Made by a program: the position numbers and the translations under genes
Notes under the pieces: model-generated
Database searches by the model: none
Seen by the model: only the letters and a program-made list of their open reading frames with translations
Told to the model about the DNA's origin: nothing
From: Amoebophrya sp. A120
Lineage: Eukaryota > Protista > Dinoflagellata
NCBI GenBank assembly: GCA_905178155.1
Contig: CAJINV010000007.1
Span: forward strand, 3,205,151-3,269,150
DNA: 64,000 bases
Direction: 5' to 3'
Shown here: positions 1 through 12,949 of the stretch, one piece after another
Layout: every line of letters starts with the position of its first letter
Numbering within the stretch: the first letter of the stretch is position 1

Positions 1-933
1 CCTTGGTACTAGAGACGTGATAGGCAAAGACAACGACGGAAAATACAAAAATTTCCGGGCACGGGACTAGAAAGAGATGTGATGATTTTGAGGAATTCTG
101 AAACTGTTTTTTGCAAAGTCAAAAGAGCGCGGACATGATAGATCCACATAGAAATACGATCGGAAATAAGTAGTTGTGGTCCACACATAAACAGGATACT
201 CAGACGAGAGTCCCTGAAGTGCGCCTCGTTGTGCTGCCGGCGCAGGGAGTTCGTACTAGCTAGCACCTGCTCGTGCTCCCGAAAATAAAGCTTGTTATCA
301 ACGTAGACGACCACCAGTAGCATGTGGTCACCCTTTTTCTGGTTTTAACAAATGATCCTTCGGTACGCGATAAACCTGCAGTCGCGTGTTTTACAAAAAA
401 AAGCATCCGTCATGGCATTGTCCAAATTGCCTCAGTCAAGGCTTCGTTTCAAAGCACGGTGATGAAGATCATTCCTTTCATATGGCGTATGAAAGGTTGA
501 TACGCATGTCGTTTACGTTTTTAGCTTCACCATACCTTTGACCGATTAAAGAGGACAACAGTCGGTCAGCAGTACTTTCGTCGTTAGCATCTTCTCCATT
601 GCATCCGTCCGTCGTCGTGGGGCTTCAGGGTTGATGTGCTTGCGTCTTCTGTCAAAAGGGGGGGTTTCTTTTGTCAGTCGCAGAAGAATTGAAAATCAAA
701 ATTCGAAGAAATTTTTTCACAGGTCGAAACCCTTCAATCAATAGCATGCAGCATGTGAACAATTTCGCATTAACAAACAAGATCTGGTTGCGGGGTATAA
801 AAATCGCGGTACGAACATGGTCTTAGTCTAATACTGAGCTGCTGCGCAATTACGGGTAGTGCCGGTGGGCTCTACAACGACGACACAGGAATATAGATTC
901 CGAACTTTTAATTACTTTTCATCACCTGAGAAG

Positions 934-3900
934 ATGGCCGCTCGTAAGTTCAACGACGACGAGCGCCGGTTTGGCGATTCCAGTCCTCCGAAATTCGATT
1001 TTGCGAAGCAGGGGAGCTTACGCATCTCCAACGAGGCGGCCCAGCGGCTGGATTACAAACGGCGGTTGCAAGCGTCGATCCCCTTTATCGTGCGATGGAT
1101 CAACCACCTGAGTCTCCCCTTCGAGAACGTGGTGTTGCGCATGAAGTCCCAGGACGAGCGCCCGCGGCTGACGAACTACAATTTGTTTGAAGCACTGCAA
1201 AACGGCCTGCTCTTAATCGAAATACACGAGGCCACGAGCGGGGGCGGGACGGGCGTGGGAGACGACGCGAGCGGCGGGAAAACGTTGATTCGGGGAGTAA
1301 ACAAGAAACCGGTGACAAAACCAATCATGCTGAAAAACTTGGAAATTGCACTGAGGTACGATAAGTAGAATCGCTTCATCTGATCGCGACGATTTCAGAT
1401 TCATCTTGCCTAGTGCGGTTGAAAAAGTATAGAGAATTCATACGATTTTGTCTCTCCACAGTGCATGATCTAGAGATGACACCAATTACGAATCCCACCT
1501 TTTCCGCGGAAACGAGGGGAAACCAGATTTGAAGAAAACTCCAACACCAATTCCAGGTACATTTGGGGCCAGTGCGCTCGCGCGTCCAACATGTGCACGC
1601 CGTTAGATTTTTACCACGGTGAGGCGTCGAAGGTGCTGCCTTGTCTGCTCGAGATGATGGAGGTCTGGGTGTTCAAAAAGAACCGCATGATGATCAACCG
1701 CACGTTGCAGGACATAAACACGTTTTGTGGCCGGTACAACCGGGATTTTCTCCCCCGGACCGACGAGGAGGCGGCATACAACAACTATGACGACGACGGA
1801 ACAAATTCAAATACAAACGCAGCTGCGCAGCAACAGAACCGAAAATACGACCTGGACAACATGTTGGCCCCGGATTTCGCCGACGGGATCAACGTGGCGA
1901 TAGTGCTGACGTCGCTGGATTTCGTCACCGAGTCGGAGCTGCTGCCGAAGATGTACGGGCGGCCGCAGACGCAACAACAGTTCCTCTTCAACTACCGCCT
2001 AGTGCTGTACTTCCTGCGCAAGTGCCTGCCAAACATGCCGCTTTTGCTGAAAAGCCCGGTGGAGTGGTGTCGTCCGCCGTTGCCGTGCCCGGAAACACTC
2101 ATTCTGCAGCTGAACCTGTTGGCGCAGGAGGTCAGTTGCGATGTTTTATATCGATTTCTCTTTTAGCTTACCATTACCTAGGTTGCTAGGTTCCAATATA
2201 GAAGATGGCGCGCGTTTGATCTTGATGCGAGCAACGCGTCGACCTTGATGCGCGGCAACCCGATACTAGCTGCTCCTCATCTAACTATTGCTGCAAAAAA
2301 TCTATCACAGTCTATCGACAAATACCGGCACTACGCTCCAAGGATAATCGCCCGGGGCGAGGTATAGCATCAAAAAGCGTTGGCGTAGAGTGCGATAACT
2401 TGTCATGCTGTCTGGCGTAGCACAACCAAAGGTTAAGTGATCGCATTTAGTTCGTAGCAGTTTGTCTCGCAAGACGAGTGCGATGTCTGAAATTAATCGC
2501 TAACGCCAATGCAGCTTTTCTGTTTGATACGGGGGCATCCAATTTCGCGATGGGGTGAAGCTTTATCTTGACGACGCAAACGACCGAAAAAACGAGAGCA
2601 CCATGCTGCGAAACTTAATGACGGACTCGCAGCCAGACAACAAACTGGCTTTCACGGCCAGGTCCAGGGTATAGAAAATACATACAAAGACGGATAAGAA
2701 TATCACATCCTTTGTCATGCGAGGCGAGCATGAGAAAGGTGAATTTTCATGCAGATGATCAAACAAGAGACTTGACCAAAACTAAATGCACAGGAAGTCC
2801 AACGCGCAGAAGCGGATTTCCACTACTACTCCATCTCCGCACTATTCTATCCAAGAAAAAAAGTGTGCACTTAAGTGTAACTCTGCAGAAATGCAGAAAC
2901 ACAGTTACCCTTGTCATGCCAGACACAATTCGCGTTTCCACTAACTGGCAGAGCATGACAGGCTTTTCTTTGGTGCGCCAAGGTAGTTGCATTGACACAC
3001 ATTTTTTTTTCCGGGATATGTTTCGGTTCCTTGGAGAGTCCTGCCGACGCGAGGAACTGCGGGAAGCTATGGGGATGACAGCGCTGGTTCGCGCGCTCAG
3101 GGAGCAGTTCGGGTTGAGCAAAGAGGACGTCCTGACCGTCATGAACGCCAACTGCCCGGACGACTGGGTCAACGTGGCCGAGTTCGTCGCGTGTCTGGAG
3201 CACTTTCGCGAGCACCGAGACCGGGAAGCGGAGTGGAAGGTGGACACGGGACTGACAGCGGGACAACCATTCCCGAAGGACATCCCAATGCCGACAAGAA
3301 GACAGTAGTTCTAGAGTTTTCATTTGCACATTAAACAGTACTAGTATGTAGTGAGGTCACCGAACGGTTCTAACCAGGGAGTTTTCTTGACATATACCCT
3401 GAAAAACGACCGGCAGTTTTCAAGCGGCCGGAAGCGTTTTTTAACAAAAAAAATTTCCAATTATCAAGCGGCCCTGGCTGACCTGGCACCGAATCGCCAG
3501 CGGATTCTATCGGTCGCCGCTTGAAAAAACGACGCAGAGGAGCCAGCAAAAGGAGCGCCATTCTGAGGCGCCCGCCGCCTTGGTTTCTGGCGGTTTGGGG
3601 CGCCCAAAAAGCAGTGCGAAAAAAACGCGCCGAAAATCAGAACAGCGAAACAGCATGGCACGGCTGCGATTTCGGAGCATTTTGGGCGGCCGCGAAAGCG
3701 GCCGCATTTTCGCCGGTTTCAGAGCCTGGGAAGCTCTGCAAAAAGCGCCGGCTAGAAAAATAAAAACGCAAAAAAGCAAAAGCGTGCCAGACGTGCAAAG
3801 CCAATCCGCATGCTATGGGCCCGATTTTTCTTCGCTTTTTGGGCGCCCCCCGTGGCACCCGGATCGGCCCCATAGCATGGAGGCTGGCTTTCGGAAAGGA

Positions 3901-5099
3901 ATATTGGAAATCTGCCAAAATTTGTGACGTCTATCAAGCGGCCGCCTTACCGTGCGGCCTAACGTTACTCACGGCGGTATGGCGAGCCCAGAAAAAGCAA
4001 AGCCGCGGCCAAGGCGACGGCCGGCAAGAAAACGCCCACGACCTCATTACCTCCGCCCCGGCGGCTATATTTGGTACTACGTCAAGTGATTTTCGCGTTC
4101 CCTACTAGCTTTTGCGATGTGCAATTTTTCTTCCTTCAGTGACAAGACAGTTTTATTTTTTCAGTTTCTGCGTTGTGCGGGTTTAGATTTAGTTGTGCCC
4201 TATCTGTACAAATGAAATCGAGAGTCTTTATCGTTCTTCAAAAACCCAAAATCAGGCTCCAGGCGATCTACGTGGAGGACCTGCGGCGGCATTACGAGGT
4301 CGGGAAGCACTTTTTCGTCGCGCAGGCAGCGAACAAAAACGACACGGAACAGGACGACGACGAGTTTGAGCAGCGGGATTCGGACGAGCCGACCACGGAG
4401 GTGCTGGGTGTGCAGGTGACGTTCAGCCGGCTGCTGGAGGGGAAAACGTTCAAATCCTGCCACCTGTACACCACGGTGGTTCCCTGCGCAGACCAGTTTC
4501 GGTGTCTGCTGATCGTCCGGGATCTGACCAACATGAACATTCTGCTGAAAGTGGACGTGGGGAACCTACAAATCCACGGCTCCACCGTGCGAGTCCTGAA
4601 CCGCACCGCTTTGCGGAGAAAGAAGAACGCCGAGGGGCAGGCGGCCATCCACTTCGCGAGCGGAACCAAGGTGGGCGGCAACAACCAAAGTGGGGTAAGT
4701 GCCAAGGCCGAGCCGCAGAAGAGATTCCTGCTCGATGGCGAGAAGATCCCGGCCATCCCGCGGTCGGACTTCGCGGCGGGGCGGGTACCGAGTATGGGAT
4801 TCGCGTCCGGTACCGACTACCTGGACGCGCACCCGCTGCACACGCGGGAACTGTACGCGAACCTGGGCAAAAACCAGGGGCTGGACAAAAACAAAGCGTC
4901 CGGGGAGTTTCTGGAGATGACCATGAATTTCACCAAAAACTTGTACGAAACGCTCATCGTCGAGGAGCTCATCATCGCCTGCTCGAACACCGAATCGGCG
5001 GCGCAGGCGCTGCGGTGCTCGCGGTTCCTCGAAGAGCTCCGGATTTTGACGTACTTTCTGCCCATGCGGGAAAAGCTACCGGCGCTAAACATTTACTAG
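934..5099 (+). CDS. Multi-exon protein with tandem calponin-homology (CH)-like domains and an EF-hand-like segment
   Basis: Exons approx. 934-1355, 1557-2130, 2311-2362, 2535-2668, 2793-2847, 3024-3304, 4256-5099 join in frame. CH-like motifs IVRWIN..NLFEALQNGLLLIEI..LKNLEIAL and DFADGINVAIVL..NYRLVLYFL. GT-AG introns at 1356-1556, 2131-2310 and 3305-4255. Confidence 0.7.
2363..2529. mobile_element. Degenerate TA..TA TIR intronic element (E1)
   Basis: Flanks CGAGG (2358-2362) and CGGGG (2530-2534). Imperfect TIR shares AAAAGC..TTGGCGT..GCGAT. Removal plus one TSD copy gives in-frame ARGEGIQFRDGVKLY. Contains TTGTCATGC at 2400. Confidence 0.55.
2848..3018. mobile_element. TA..TA TIR intronic element (E2)
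   Basis: Left arm TATCCAAGAAAAAAAGTGTG pairs with right arm CACACATTTTTTTTTCCGGGATA. Flanks TATTC/TGTTT; either copy encodes Leu-Phe and restores SISALFRFLGE. Internal TTGTCATGC (2911) and GCATGACAG (2953). Confidence 0.65.
3345..4108. repeat. GC-rich putative repetitive insertion inside the 951-bp intron of the CH-domain gene
   Basis: Sequence style differs from the flanks. TCAAGCGGCC occurs three times, there is a 17-bp inverted repeat (3809-3825 / 3863-3879), and TACTAG is found at both 3339 and 4103. Confidence 0.4.
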
Positions 5100-5900
5100 G
5101 TCAATGGGCGGAAAAATGGACCAGATCTCGTGGAGAAATTTTACCAGCGTGATGATTTTTTCCCTAAAAGATCAAAAAATCTGCGTCGATCTTTGCTTTT
5201 TTTAGGTGAAGAATTTCTATTAACAAAGCAAATGCTTTATCGTGCTGAAATTAATAAACACACACTTCGAAGAAGCAGAATGCCATCCTGCGAAAGCGGT
5301 TATTGCTGTATAATTTGCAAATGAACGTGACGAGTTGCACATGTACCAAAACCAATCACCCCACTTGTACGATTTTATGTTGAGGCTGTGATGCCGTGAA
5401 AATAGAAATACTTCGGCTCTACCTGGTGCAGCTGCTTGCTACGCGAGCGTTGTTTCATTCCGTTGTTTGTTCCGTGCAATAAGTATTATTACAAGCCGTG
5501 GAGCGTAGCTTGGCGTTTTGTGTTTTGAGGTGAGCAAACACGACTTTCTGACGCACTGAAAAAGAAGTTAGTGTGTCTCGTGGCCTGGACGTCACATGCG
5601 GAACGAGTCTCAATGTCCTGGTGCCTTGTTGATCTGTTAAACGTCAGAGTTGTTCTGTTCACCTTGTTCTGCCACTGCCACGTTTCTCCTCCCAACTTCC
5701 TGATCTGTTAAGAGTTGGGGCAACTAGCCGTTAGTATATTTTTTCATATTTAGATTTCCATTTCTCTATGTGAGAGCAAGGGCAAGCGCAAAAATCGGTT
5801 GTCACACGACTTCTGGTGCACTTCCGCAAGGTCGTTGCGTAAGAGTAAGGAACGAGTGTACGCATTGTTCCTTCCGTACTTACCCACAACTTTCGCAACC

Positions 5901-7334
5901 ATGCCCTTCACCACCACGACCTCGACCTCTACCACGAGCAAGCGGTTCGAACAGCGAACGCCGGGGGATGTAGTTCGCATCGATCGGTACAATGAGATCA
6001 TCAAAAACCGAAAACCCCGCCCACCCCCGCCCTACGGCTTGTCCTGGCGGGAGGCGGACCGGTACCTGGCCAAGGAGCAGAAAAAGACCGAGCAGCTGCT
6101 CGCACTGGACGACGTCGACCAGCAAAGTTTGCGGGGCGTCAGCGGCGACGCGCGGAGCGGCGGTACCGCGGAAGCCGCGTTTCGTTGTCCGCCCGGTCAG
6201 GCGGGAGGACCGACTCCTGGGGCGCACGTGCGAATACAGGTACTAGCGGAGTTGTTGCATGGCTGCAGGTGCAGTCAGGTGATTTGAATTTTATGATGAA
6301 GTGGAGATTGAAACTGTGCACCGAGATAGGTATCGGGTTTTTGTCATGTTGATGCAATAAGAATAAGCACGGATGGCACTTCTTGCATAGAGCTGTTTTC
6401 ACTGTTGCTTGAAACGAAGGAGAAGTTTTGCATGCCAAAATGACCTCAGGAGCCGTCGCTTGAGGAGGAGAAGCGGCCAACACAGCGTTCATGGGCGTCG
6501 AGGAAAAGCGAGAAGTACGAATCATGATTTCTTCTCTCCTGTGTTGCATTTTTTTTGCAGACGGGAACGGGATGGTGCATGAAATTGCGTAAGAACGCGC
6601 TGCAACCTTTGTAAAAGCTTTGAATAAATTCGTGTTCCATATCGCAGGTCCTCCGTCGGTTTCCGTGATAGTTCGTTGGATACAGACGGCAGCTTCGTTC
6701 CCATAATGGCAAGGAAACCGCTTTGGTATGTGAAGCCAAATCCTGGCCGGCAGGTAATTCTCCGGGACGATATTCTTCCGTTGAAGCGCAGCGAACCGAA
6801 ATATGGTAAGGTGTCGTCAAAAACAGCGAAACAGCAGGAAGCTGCCAAGAAGGAGGGGGAGGGCGGCGGGGGGAAACCAAAATTGCTGAAGTCCGAGACT
6901 ACCATGGAGCTGGCACGTAATAGTTGACTCCCTTGTGTTGAGCAGTGCGATTGTTAATTTACTTGGCCATTTTTATCATGGTATCGCTTAGGAGTTGCTT
7001 TTCATCATGTTCTTCGTGGAACAAAAATGGATATTGTAAAACAGAAACGCTGGACACAATCGAGCCCACCACGGCAGAGGAAATTCCCGAGAAGGAACGG
7101 CGGTACCTGCTGCAGGGATCCAGTTTCAAAAATTTAGACGAGAAGCAGGAATACATCAAAAACAGCTCGCAGTTCGAGTCCCGACTCCAAAGTCTGCTCT
7201 CCAAGCGCGAAGAGCAGGCCAAGCGAGTGGCGGCGCGGTTCCAGGGCGACTTAAACGCAATATCGGACAGGTGGGCGTTGAAAGCGCCGCCGTTAGACAT
7301 CCGGTATTTGATGGAGGGAGACATCACCTTGTAG
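5901..7334 (+). CDS. Hypothetical multi-exon protein
   Basis: ATG at 5901 with coding-like segments at 5901-6239, ~6449-6513, ~6648-6917 and ~7045-7334 separated by GT..AG introns. No domain recognised. Confidence 0.5.
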
Positions 7335-8096
7335 ACAAGGCGGGGCGCCGCAGCTTCTCCTGTGGCCATTGCTTTGCGAAATTGAAATGATGCGCACTTC
7401 TGAATGTAAAAAAAATCTTCCTTTGTATGATTTAGAGCTCGTATAGTAAGCTTGTGGCCGTCGCCGTTCTTGCCCACCTGACCGTCGTCATGTTTCACAG
7501 TACTTCTTGTTTTGGCTATAGTTGCACTCGCGGCAACAAATTCAAATTGTACGACTTTGCTTGGCCGATTGAGCTTGTGCTTGTTGAAAAGGTGCCTGTA
7601 CGATGCAGATCCTCCCAATGTACCGTTACAACACCACGCACGGTAATACAACAGGATTGTCGAAAGTGCTTCCTCGCATATTGCAGTGATCCGGTGTTCA
7701 GATCAAAAGCAGGTTGCGCACAAGGTGAAAACGGTGAGCGAGGTTTTTCTTATCTGCCAAAGAGTGGTCATTGTCCGCTGCGAGTGTAAGAAGAGTGCGT
7801 TCATCTTCACCTTGAAATGGAATATTTCTGCCATGCAACTCCTGACCACGACTTCTATGTTGACTACCTTGCACGACCCTGCGTAATTATGCGATTTAAC
7901 CAGAACCACAAGTAGCTTACTTTATCCATTTTGAAAGATGCACCCTGTGGTTCTCGTTTGACCCTCCTGCGCGACGACCGCCTGACCGTCGCGCGCACGT
8001 CAGGTGGTGCGGTCCAGCAAGCCATGTAGAAACACACACGCATCTTCTCCTCAGAAGAGGGAACAAAACGACCTAACGTCGCATTCCGCCAGCAGC

Positions 8097-9889
8097 ATGA
8101 GTGCCTTTCGCCAGCGGCTGCGCTTCAGGCTGGCGCAACTGCTGATTCCGTGGGCGGCCACTGCGGGTTCGCTGCTGCCTGATATTGGGATTTGGTCAAT
8201 ATGTAGTTCTTTCATCCACCACAGGGGAACATCCTCATCACTCTTTGCCACCGCGCTTCTCCACTCGCAGACCAGCAAGTTGGCCCCGAGAACCTCCACT
8301 TCGTCTGCGACCAAAGTTTCTCTTGCGCAAAATGCGAAAGCTGGCACTGGTTCATCTAGTGCAGCGACGTCAAAATCCGAAGTCTCCGCGGCCCAGCACA
8401 AGGCCGCGGCCACCGCCGAGGGAATTCAGCTGGTTCCGGACTACACGCAGACCATGAACGCGGAAACGACGACACCAGCCCTGGTGTTGGACCGCCGACG
8501 CGACATTCTGCCTCTCGACGTCGCGTTTGGCTTGTCCATTGCGAAGAAATTCGTGGAGGAACCCGTCAAAACGGTCTTGCCGACGCAAGATTCCCTCGAC
8601 CTGGCCTACGGCTGCGCCGCGGTGTTTCTGCCAAAAACGGTGGTGGTCGGGGCGCCAACCGGATGTACGTCGGCCGGGAGATCCCAGCAAATTGAGACGC
8701 CGACGGGAGACGTAGAGAAACTGATTGACATACGTTTATTCTTCGTCTTGTCGACGAGACCCTGTCTTGTTATATGCTGAATGATTTATTAGATTTTGGC
8801 GAAAAAAATAGAAAATGCTATAACCACCACGTACACAGCCCCTCCAGACGTGGACCGAGCAGTGCTACCAGCTGAACGCGCCGAATCTTGTCATCACCGA
8901 CAAACGGACCAACGCCCTGATCACGCAAGCATGGACCAGACCCACCGGGTACACGAACATCGTGGATTTGACAGACTGCAACGGCAACACGGTGTACACG
9001 ATCCACGAAATGGTCTACAAGCTGAACGCCAACAGCGAAAATGCAAACACGGTGTACATGAAGTACGAAATTATCGCAAAGGGCGGAACCGTCGTCGCGG
9101 TGACGCCGTACGTGCCACTCTTCGCCGAGTCGTTCAAGTTGTTGGACCCTAGCACCGGGAAGACCATTGCGACTCTGGGGAAAAACGGCGCGTGGTCACC
9201 TTCGACGGTATGTGATACTTCCAGGTTTTTGATTCCGGTCTTACCTTTCAGGTCGTTAATTTTTGATTTCAATGACTGGCACGTGAACGTGAAGGGAAGC
9301 AATGCAATGCTTAGTTACTGCTTATCACCAATGAAATCTTGAGCTTGATGAACGTCATATTGAATATCCCAACCAGGCCTGCCCTGCGTACGAGAAGAAA
9401 TGGTACATCGCTTTTGAGACGGCCACTGCCGCGGGGAGCGGACGAAGCGTAGGTTTAACCACTGAGGATAAACGCTGGGTGGTCGCGGCCTTCATGACCG
9501 TCGTTGCAGTGCGCGACGAGGACCGGAACGCCGACGGCGGGGTCCAGTGGTCCGTCTGCACAAAACGGAGCATTGTGGTGGTATACAGGCGTAAAGTGAA
9601 GTCGCTAATTACTTATGTCATTATGGTGGAGATCGTGATGGGACATGCACAAACACTCGTCTTGTTCGTAGTACAGCGTTTGTGATAATTTGAAGTTTGC
9701 ACCAGTACGATCTCAACTACTTCATTTGCGAAAAAATTTCAGACCGTCATTCTGCTGTGTATCCTGCTCGTCTGCCTAGGAATGCTCGGGACCTGTTTCG
9801 TTGCGTTTCGGTGTCGGGAGTCGCTGATCCGTTTCTTCTTCCGCATGCAAGAACGCCTGCTTCCACGAGCGATGCACAAAATGCGGTGA
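8097..9889 (+). CDS. Predicted membrane protein: hydrophobic N-terminus, LURP-one/scramblase-like beta domain, C-terminal TM helix
   Basis: In-frame GT-AG joins (TGD|PLQTW, PST|ACPAY, IVV|TVIL). Segment DLTDCNGNTVYTI..FKLLDPSTGKTIATLGK resembles Tubby_C2/LURP-one. TM segment VILLCILLVCLGMLGTCFVAF. Stop TGA at 9887-9889. Confidence 0.55.
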
Positions 9890-10593
9890 TGGAAGGCGTG
9901 AGCAGATCCGGAAGTAGACGCTGGTCCGGCTTGTCGTTGAATCTCCTCCTGACATGCACTACACAATTTTTTCCCCCTGCGCTGGAACTACATTTGTACA
10001 TAAATAATATAGAAGTGAAATATCGGGCTTCTTGTTCTACACAACTTCTCTGTTCCGCTAGGAGCAGTACTGAAACTAGTACGCTCCGCCATCGCGACTT
10101 GGATCTGGCGATCCAGGTCTCCGATGGAGGCCGTGCTATTCCTCAGGTTGCAGAAGTCGGCTCTGTTCTGAGTAACCGAGAACAGGTCTTACAACTCTTT
10201 CACTGTCGATTGCGAAATGGTCTCAGCAGGAGTGAAGAAGTCGGCATCAGAAATGCACAGAAGTACAACTTGTCGTGCAAAAGGGTCATGCGATTGCGAG
10301 TGCTCGAATGAACTCTATTTTCGTCGGCTTTGAAGTTGTCGTGCTCGTGCGTCTCGTAAAGTCGTTGCGGCAGAATTCGAGATGGCCCTCGACGAAGATC
10401 GCTGCTCGTCGATTCTTGATTTGCGTGTAGTGTACGAATTGGCAATTACGTGCTTCATAAATGCTGATGAAATGCATATTGTGCTGCATCGCGACAGGAG
10501 GCTACGCTGACAGCGACTACAGCGACAAGTACTTACTAGCTTACTAGAAAACAACTTCAGGATATATATTCTTGAAAAGGACCGGCAGATAAA

Positions 10594-12405
10594 ATGAAGC
10601 AGCTACCTCCGGAAGAGGTAGAGTCCCTCGAAGAGGAGATTTTACTTTGCGACAAGGCGATAGAAAAGGCCCAGGAGAGGAAAGATCTGCAGAAACTGCT
10701 GGAGTTCAACGAGAAGTCACTCTTCTTGAGGAAAAAAATCTTCGCGCCCAACTCACCGGAGGTCCACGATGCAATCTGCTCGCTGGTGGAGGCATGCAAC
10801 TACGTGGCAACCGCAATGTTGCAATTGAACAACACACAGGTACTTACTTAAAAGGTTGTCTTGCTGAAGATAATAAATCCGCATGTTGCGCACCGTATCC
10901 GCATTTGCTATAGTTTTTCTCATGGTGATGCAGGAGAGGCCGCTATGCGCTGCATCGAAAAAATGTCAAAATTTGCCAAAACCACGATACTTGCAAACAC
11001 AGGTTGTCTTCGACCTACTAAAGCGCGCGCTGGATGTAAATCATTTGAGCAACATCCAGAAGGCGATCACTTTTAACAACCTCGCTTGCTACTACCGCCG
11101 AGTTGGGAAGCTTAGAATAGCACTCACCTATCTGGAGAAAGCGTATTGATAATTCCACTTAAACTTGATTTCGTGCTGTTGCTGTATGATGCAAATGCAT
11201 GAAGTTCCACTTCCACAACAAGCACATAACACAACTTTAAATTGTCATTTCCGCGTTGGTTTAAAACGATACAGTAAGTTTGCTATCGTCATCACCCATT
11301 ACAGGTACCAGCTCGAGAGCAGTTTTCCGAATGCAGACGTGTCACAAACGCACTTAAACCTGTGCGCGACCTTGAGCCAGCTCGGTCGACACGAACAGGC
11401 GCTGCACCACGCCCAGACGGCGGTCATAAAGGTAATGGCGAACGTATAAAGTTGATTCATTTTCATCTACATCTAACCATGAGCATGATCTTGCTAAGTA
11501 TGGGTAGCTGCAATGCATCATAGGGAACTCTCACAACTCTCTCCATTTTACCGCGACGCGCTTTGATAAACCATGAAATATCAGTATGCAGCAACAGGGA
11601 AGTAGCACATTTTTTCAATGCGATACATGTGCAGGTTTACCAGTTCCTTTGCCCGCTATTGGTCCAGCAGGAGCCCAAAGAGGAGCCGAGCACCGCCGTA
11701 AGGGAGAGGGTGTCCGTGCTCTGTATTGCGTACTTCAACAAGGGAGTCGAGCACGAACACCTCAAGGTGCTTCCGGAGGCAATAGCATCGTATTTTTTAC
11801 GGATTATTTGATTACTTAAAAATTTTTTGCTGTCATCATGTTGCTTGATCATCCTGTGGTGCATATCCATAAGCGCGGATCGATTTCGACGAAACAAACT
11901 GCAAGGTACACTGAGGGCGCGAAGTGGGCAAGAACGTATTTAGGAGACGGCCACCAGATAACGAAGATACTGGACCATAGCTTAGCCGCGCTCCAGCAAG
12001 GCGGCACTGCAGGGCGGTTTTTTGCCAATAGAACGGGAGAGGTAGAAGTAGTACAATGTTCTATCGTCCACAGTTGGCTTTATTTGCGTTGATGTTGAAC
12101 GACATTTCATGTCTTTGTTTGGCAAGGTTGCGGCCTCTTTGAGCACACATGAAATGAGCGAAGGAATTTTTTGATCAACATCGAAACAACTACAGCCCCT
12201 TGACCCCGGTCTGGAGCAACTGATGACGCCAAGAGAACACAAACCGAGGAAGAGCAAGGAGCCGGCCTGCATTACAAGTCACAAACAGGTGTATGATGAA
12301 CAGCAGCGGACAAAACGACTTTTGCAGAAGGAGCAGGAGGAATTGCAGAAGCAGCAGGAAGAAGAGCTTTATGAGGGCGATGAGTTTGAGGAAGCGTCGC
12401 CGTGA
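10594..12405 (+). CDS. Tetratricopeptide-repeat (TPR) protein, about 6 exons
   Basis: TPR motifs AITFNNLACYYRRVGKLRIALTYLEKA, THLNLCATLSQLGRHEQALHHAQTA and IAYFNKGVEHEHL. Canonical GT-AG introns join in frame. Confidence 0.8.
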
Positions 12406-12949
12406 TCTTTCATATCCAGATCACAACTGCTGTCTGGTGTGATATTCTTTCTTGTTTCTGTACCTAGTGGTGCTTTCCTGGTTCTGTTTCTAAACGAGCT
12501 GCGCGCTTGGTGTTACCTTTACCTTACCAATCTAATCGAGCCAAAAAATCTTACTTTAAAGTACAAGCGGCCAGAGACAATCAGTTGAGTTTTTTTGGCT
12601 GATTCGTACTGCTGCCTGGCGAGAAGAATGAAATACTTGTACGTTTCTGATGTTTCTGAGTTTTGCGTTCGTTGAGGCAACGCGAAATGACGTGTACGAA
12701 TTCCCCAATGAACTTGTAAAATGCTTCTCCTTATTTCTGCGCGCCTTTTCCGCTGTGGCGAGTTTGAACGCAAGACAATTGAAGAATTCTGAACCCGGAG
12801 TTGCTTCGACATTACGTGCGTCCATAAGCAAGAATGCTTTGAAGATGCGTAAACGCAAGCTAAGTCTGCGACTGTCTTGTGTTCTTTTCTACGATTCTGC
12901 GCAAGGTTGCAAGGCGGTGGCAGTGAGTGCGAGCACGTCGCGTGCTCTT

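Noticed and set aside
1-330. Possible 3' end of an upstream + strand gene
   Set aside because: Only short coding-like fragments are present, not enough to call.
2211-2260. ~24-bp tandem duplication (CTTGATGCG..GCAAC) in an intron
   Set aside because: Only two imperfect units, most likely ordinary slippage.
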